From the NCBI GenBank assembly GCA_030770535.1, contig JASVEC010000002.1, positions 186,001 through 250,000 on the forward strand: a DNA stretch of 64,000 nt, given 5' to 3'. The notes beneath the pieces are model-generated. The model was given only the letters and a program-made list of their open reading frames with translations, was not told where the DNA came from and did not search any database. The position numbers and the translations under genes were made by a program. Shown one piece after another: positions 61,348 through 64,000 of the stretch (position 1 is the first letter of the stretch; each line of letters opens with the position of its first letter). The DNA comes from Batkoa obscura (Eukaryota).

Positions 61348-61941
61348 ATATATTAAATTAAGCAAAGTGATTCGATATAACATGTTTAAGTAATTTCATC
61401 TTTAGTAATAGCATATATCTTTACAATGATCAATGTTTTTGAGAACAATAATAGTTGTTTTTCAATTGTGTTCGATTATATTCAATTGTATTTAATTATA
61501 TTCAATTGTATTTAATTATGAAGTTAAAGTAGTTGGATAACAAATCTTAATGATAATAAAAATTAATAACTATCAATTGATAGATTCATTATATGCTATC
61601 AAAAATATTAGTTCTAACTTTATTAATTAAGTATCAGAAAGCCATGCCATGAGCTTCAAAGGTATACTATTAGGATCATTATCGGGTTTGATTATAAACA
61701 TTAATTTATTAATAGTTGCTCTTTAATTTATATCTCAATAACAATTTTCGATTAAAAAGGTATATTCCGTCTGTTGTAAATTTATGCTAATAAAAGATGG
61801 TTTATAAACCACAAATAAAATACTCATAAAAACATAATAGTGTTCTTAATAAGCATCATACTTTGAATTAGAATTAGAATTTAGTATTTTAGTATATAAA
61901 TATCAGTATAAGCAACCAGACAATTTAACTTTTATAGATAT

Positions 61942-62038
61942 GGGGATGTATTTTTGTATTTAAGAATTTTGCTAACAAATGTTCCACTCAAATAGTGCTT
62001 AAAAAATGGAAAAAATAATGAAGCCAAAAAACATCCCC
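61942..62038 (+). mobile_element. 97-bp MITE with perfect 8-bp termini
   Basis: ATAT|GGGGATGT...ACATCCCC|ATAT. Confidence 0.93.
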
Positions 62039-62695
62039 ATATTTTGTCTTTTCTAATTCTATTATGAGCTCAAATTAATTGGCTGGAATTACTGATTGTG
62101 AAAATATAAAAGTAAATAGTGATGAATTTTTCTATTGTCAATAACACATGGCTATAAGTCGTTTTAAATAAATGGTTATATCAATAGCATTTTAAGAATA
62201 AGCATTGTTTGAATTTATAAATTATATAGTATTTTGGCTATATAAGCCCACCCTATCTTTTATTTATTATAAAATCATGTCACACTTTTTACGTTAAAAT
62301 AAGATGGAAAAGGGAGTTAGCTAGGCCATATCTCCTATTTAACAAAATAAAATTGTAGTTTCTGATCATTCCAAATATTTTTTAAAAGTTAGTATTTTGA
62401 AAGTAAGTAAATTTGATATTTCTATTGAAAGCAAGCATCATTTAATTAATATTATTGTTAGGCTTTACTATCATTTTAAGATAAAGGGATTTGCCCACAG
62501 AGTTAACTATGGTCAAGCATACTTGATTCATTGTTTGAGTTTAATAAGCTATGATAAGTAAAATTATACTGAAAATAAATGAGTATTAATTAAATTCTTT
62601 TTGTGACTTACAGCAAAAAAGGCAACTTGCTTCTTAAAAGATTAGTTTATATAAAAAAACAACAACTTTAAACTTTTCTTAAAAATTAACTATAT

Positions 62696-62791
62696 GAGTG
62701 TTTTTTTAGTTTAATCACTTTTTCTATCTTTTGAGAATTGTTTAAGTGAAAAGATTGTTAGTAAAGTTCTTAAACAATAAAATACATCCCC
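62696..62791 (-). mobile_element. ~98-bp MITE just 3' of precursor E
   Basis: Core match ending AATACATCCCC|ATAT. Confidence 0.8.
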
Positions 62792-62845
62792 ATATGTAAA
62801 TAAAAATTAAATATCAATAATGTTTTATTTAATGTATTGATATTG

Positions 62846-63082
62846 TTAACGCCATCCATAGGCTTTACCGATTCCTCTTTTTGAAAGTGAAGGATTATGT
62901 GTTTCTTTATTAAATGTAGAAATAGAAGCTCCATGATATTCATCCGATAATTTGACTAATTTATCAACATTTGATATTAATGTTTCTTGATTTGAATGAT
63001 TAATAGCTACCGGGGTGCTAATAACAACAAAAATATTGATGCCCAAGATAGTAAACAAAGATTTGAGAAAATGAAAGTACAT
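62846..63082 (-). CDS. Secreted peptide precursor E, 78 aa
   Basis: MYFHFLKSLFTILGINIFVVISTP signal homologous to A-D; ends KR-GIGKAYGWR*, sharing AYGWR* with D. Confidence 0.83.
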   Translation of the reverse strand: MYFHFLKSLFTILGINIFVVISTPVAINHSNQETLISNVDKLVKLSDEYHGASISTFNKETHNPSLSKRGIGKAYGWR

Positions 63083-63574
63083 GATTTAGTTATTTAATTC
63101 TTATGTTTGTTTATATTGTTAGGTATTTATACCCTTTTTTCATACCTTTCAAATTATTAAGGGCATTTTATAGTGTAGAGTAACTATAGTTTTATCTTTG
63201 GTACTAAGCTCTTAATAAAGTATACTTTTATCCAATTAGTTTTGCTTCAAAATAGAATTTAACAATATGGAATTCTTACTATCATTTCAAAATCACATTA
63301 TATTATGTTCTTAATTTAAAACGTTTTTTTTATTAATGATATAATTTTATAGGAAAGGTGAATTTAATTAGAAAAGAATGAGAATTAGTTCTCAACTGTA
63401 TTCTATTATAAAGTAAAATCAATTGGGTAATTGTTTTTATTAAAAAAATTAAATAGTTGTTGATCAATATAAACAATGTATGCTACTGAAACAGCTATCC
63501 TCAATTTTATTAATCAAATATTAATCAGACATAACCCTTAATACAATACTAAAATCATCATTAAGATAAAAAAT

Positions 63575-63674
63575 GAGGGTGTTTTTTTTGACTTCATTTA
63601 CTTTCTCTATCTTTTAAGCACTGTTTAAGTTGAAAAATTGTTAGTAAAATTCTTAAACACAAAAATACGTCCCC
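63575..63674 (-). mobile_element. ~98-bp MITE
   Basis: GAGGGTG...CGTCCCC with AAAT TSD. Confidence 0.87.
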
Positions 63675-64000
63675 AAATAGTATTTTAATATAAACTTAAT
63701 TAATAAAAAATGATTAAAATAGTATGTTATATTTATTTTATATTTAATATGGAAACAATAAGTTAAAAAATTATAAAGCACAAATAGTAGAAATTTAATG
63801 AAGCTTTTGAAAAGCAGTATAGTTTGAGTGCTAATACTATTATAGACTTTCACGGCTTTATGTTTAAATAAAACCATAAGATTAATATTCTCAAATAATT
63901 AAATTTACAAAAGAATAACAGCTGATCAATAAAGGACTATTTAGAATTATAATATATGAAACTGTTGTCTGTATAAAAAACCTTTAAAGACTAAGGTTGA

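Noticed and set aside
46956..63082. Peptide array as a dikaritin (ustiloxin-type) RiPP cluster or as CAAX a-factor pheromones
   Set aside because: No DUF3328/UstYa, tyrosinase or other tailoring gene is visible in the window, and no precursor ends in CAAX. Tailoring genes beyond the right edge cannot be excluded.

Overview
Very AT-rich eukaryotic nuclear DNA with short (43-54 nt) GT-AG introns. The gene content (secreted trypsins, M14 carboxypeptidases, chitin deacetylase, class-A-like GPCR) suggests an early-diverging fungus, plausibly an insect-associated Entomophthorales/Zoopagomycota-type lineage (inference only). Left to right: a 5-exon cAMP-receptor/Git3-like GPCR, tRNA-Glu(TTC), a homeobox gene, an M64 metallopeptidase, a rhodopsin-like GPCR, a chitin deacetylase, two convergent M14 carboxypeptidases with a CPB-type Asp255, four tandem trypsins, mitochondrial ribosomal protein L16, and a five-member tandem family of small secreted precursors with dibasic (RR/KR) sites flanking short Tyr-containing peptides (GAYRPYG, NWRPYG, GIGKAYGWR and others). 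One of the five is missed by the ORF track. About a fifth of the window is a young 2.46-kb Sola-like DDD transposon (4 intact near-identical copies, 1 frameshifted copy, 2 fragments; GGGG termini; 4-bp ANNT TSD confirmed by an empty paralogous site). About 23 copies of a ~98-bp MITE share those termini and TSD. The best candidate for an undescribed system is the peptide-precursor array, possibly together with the neighbouring trypsin + CPB-like enzyme pair.
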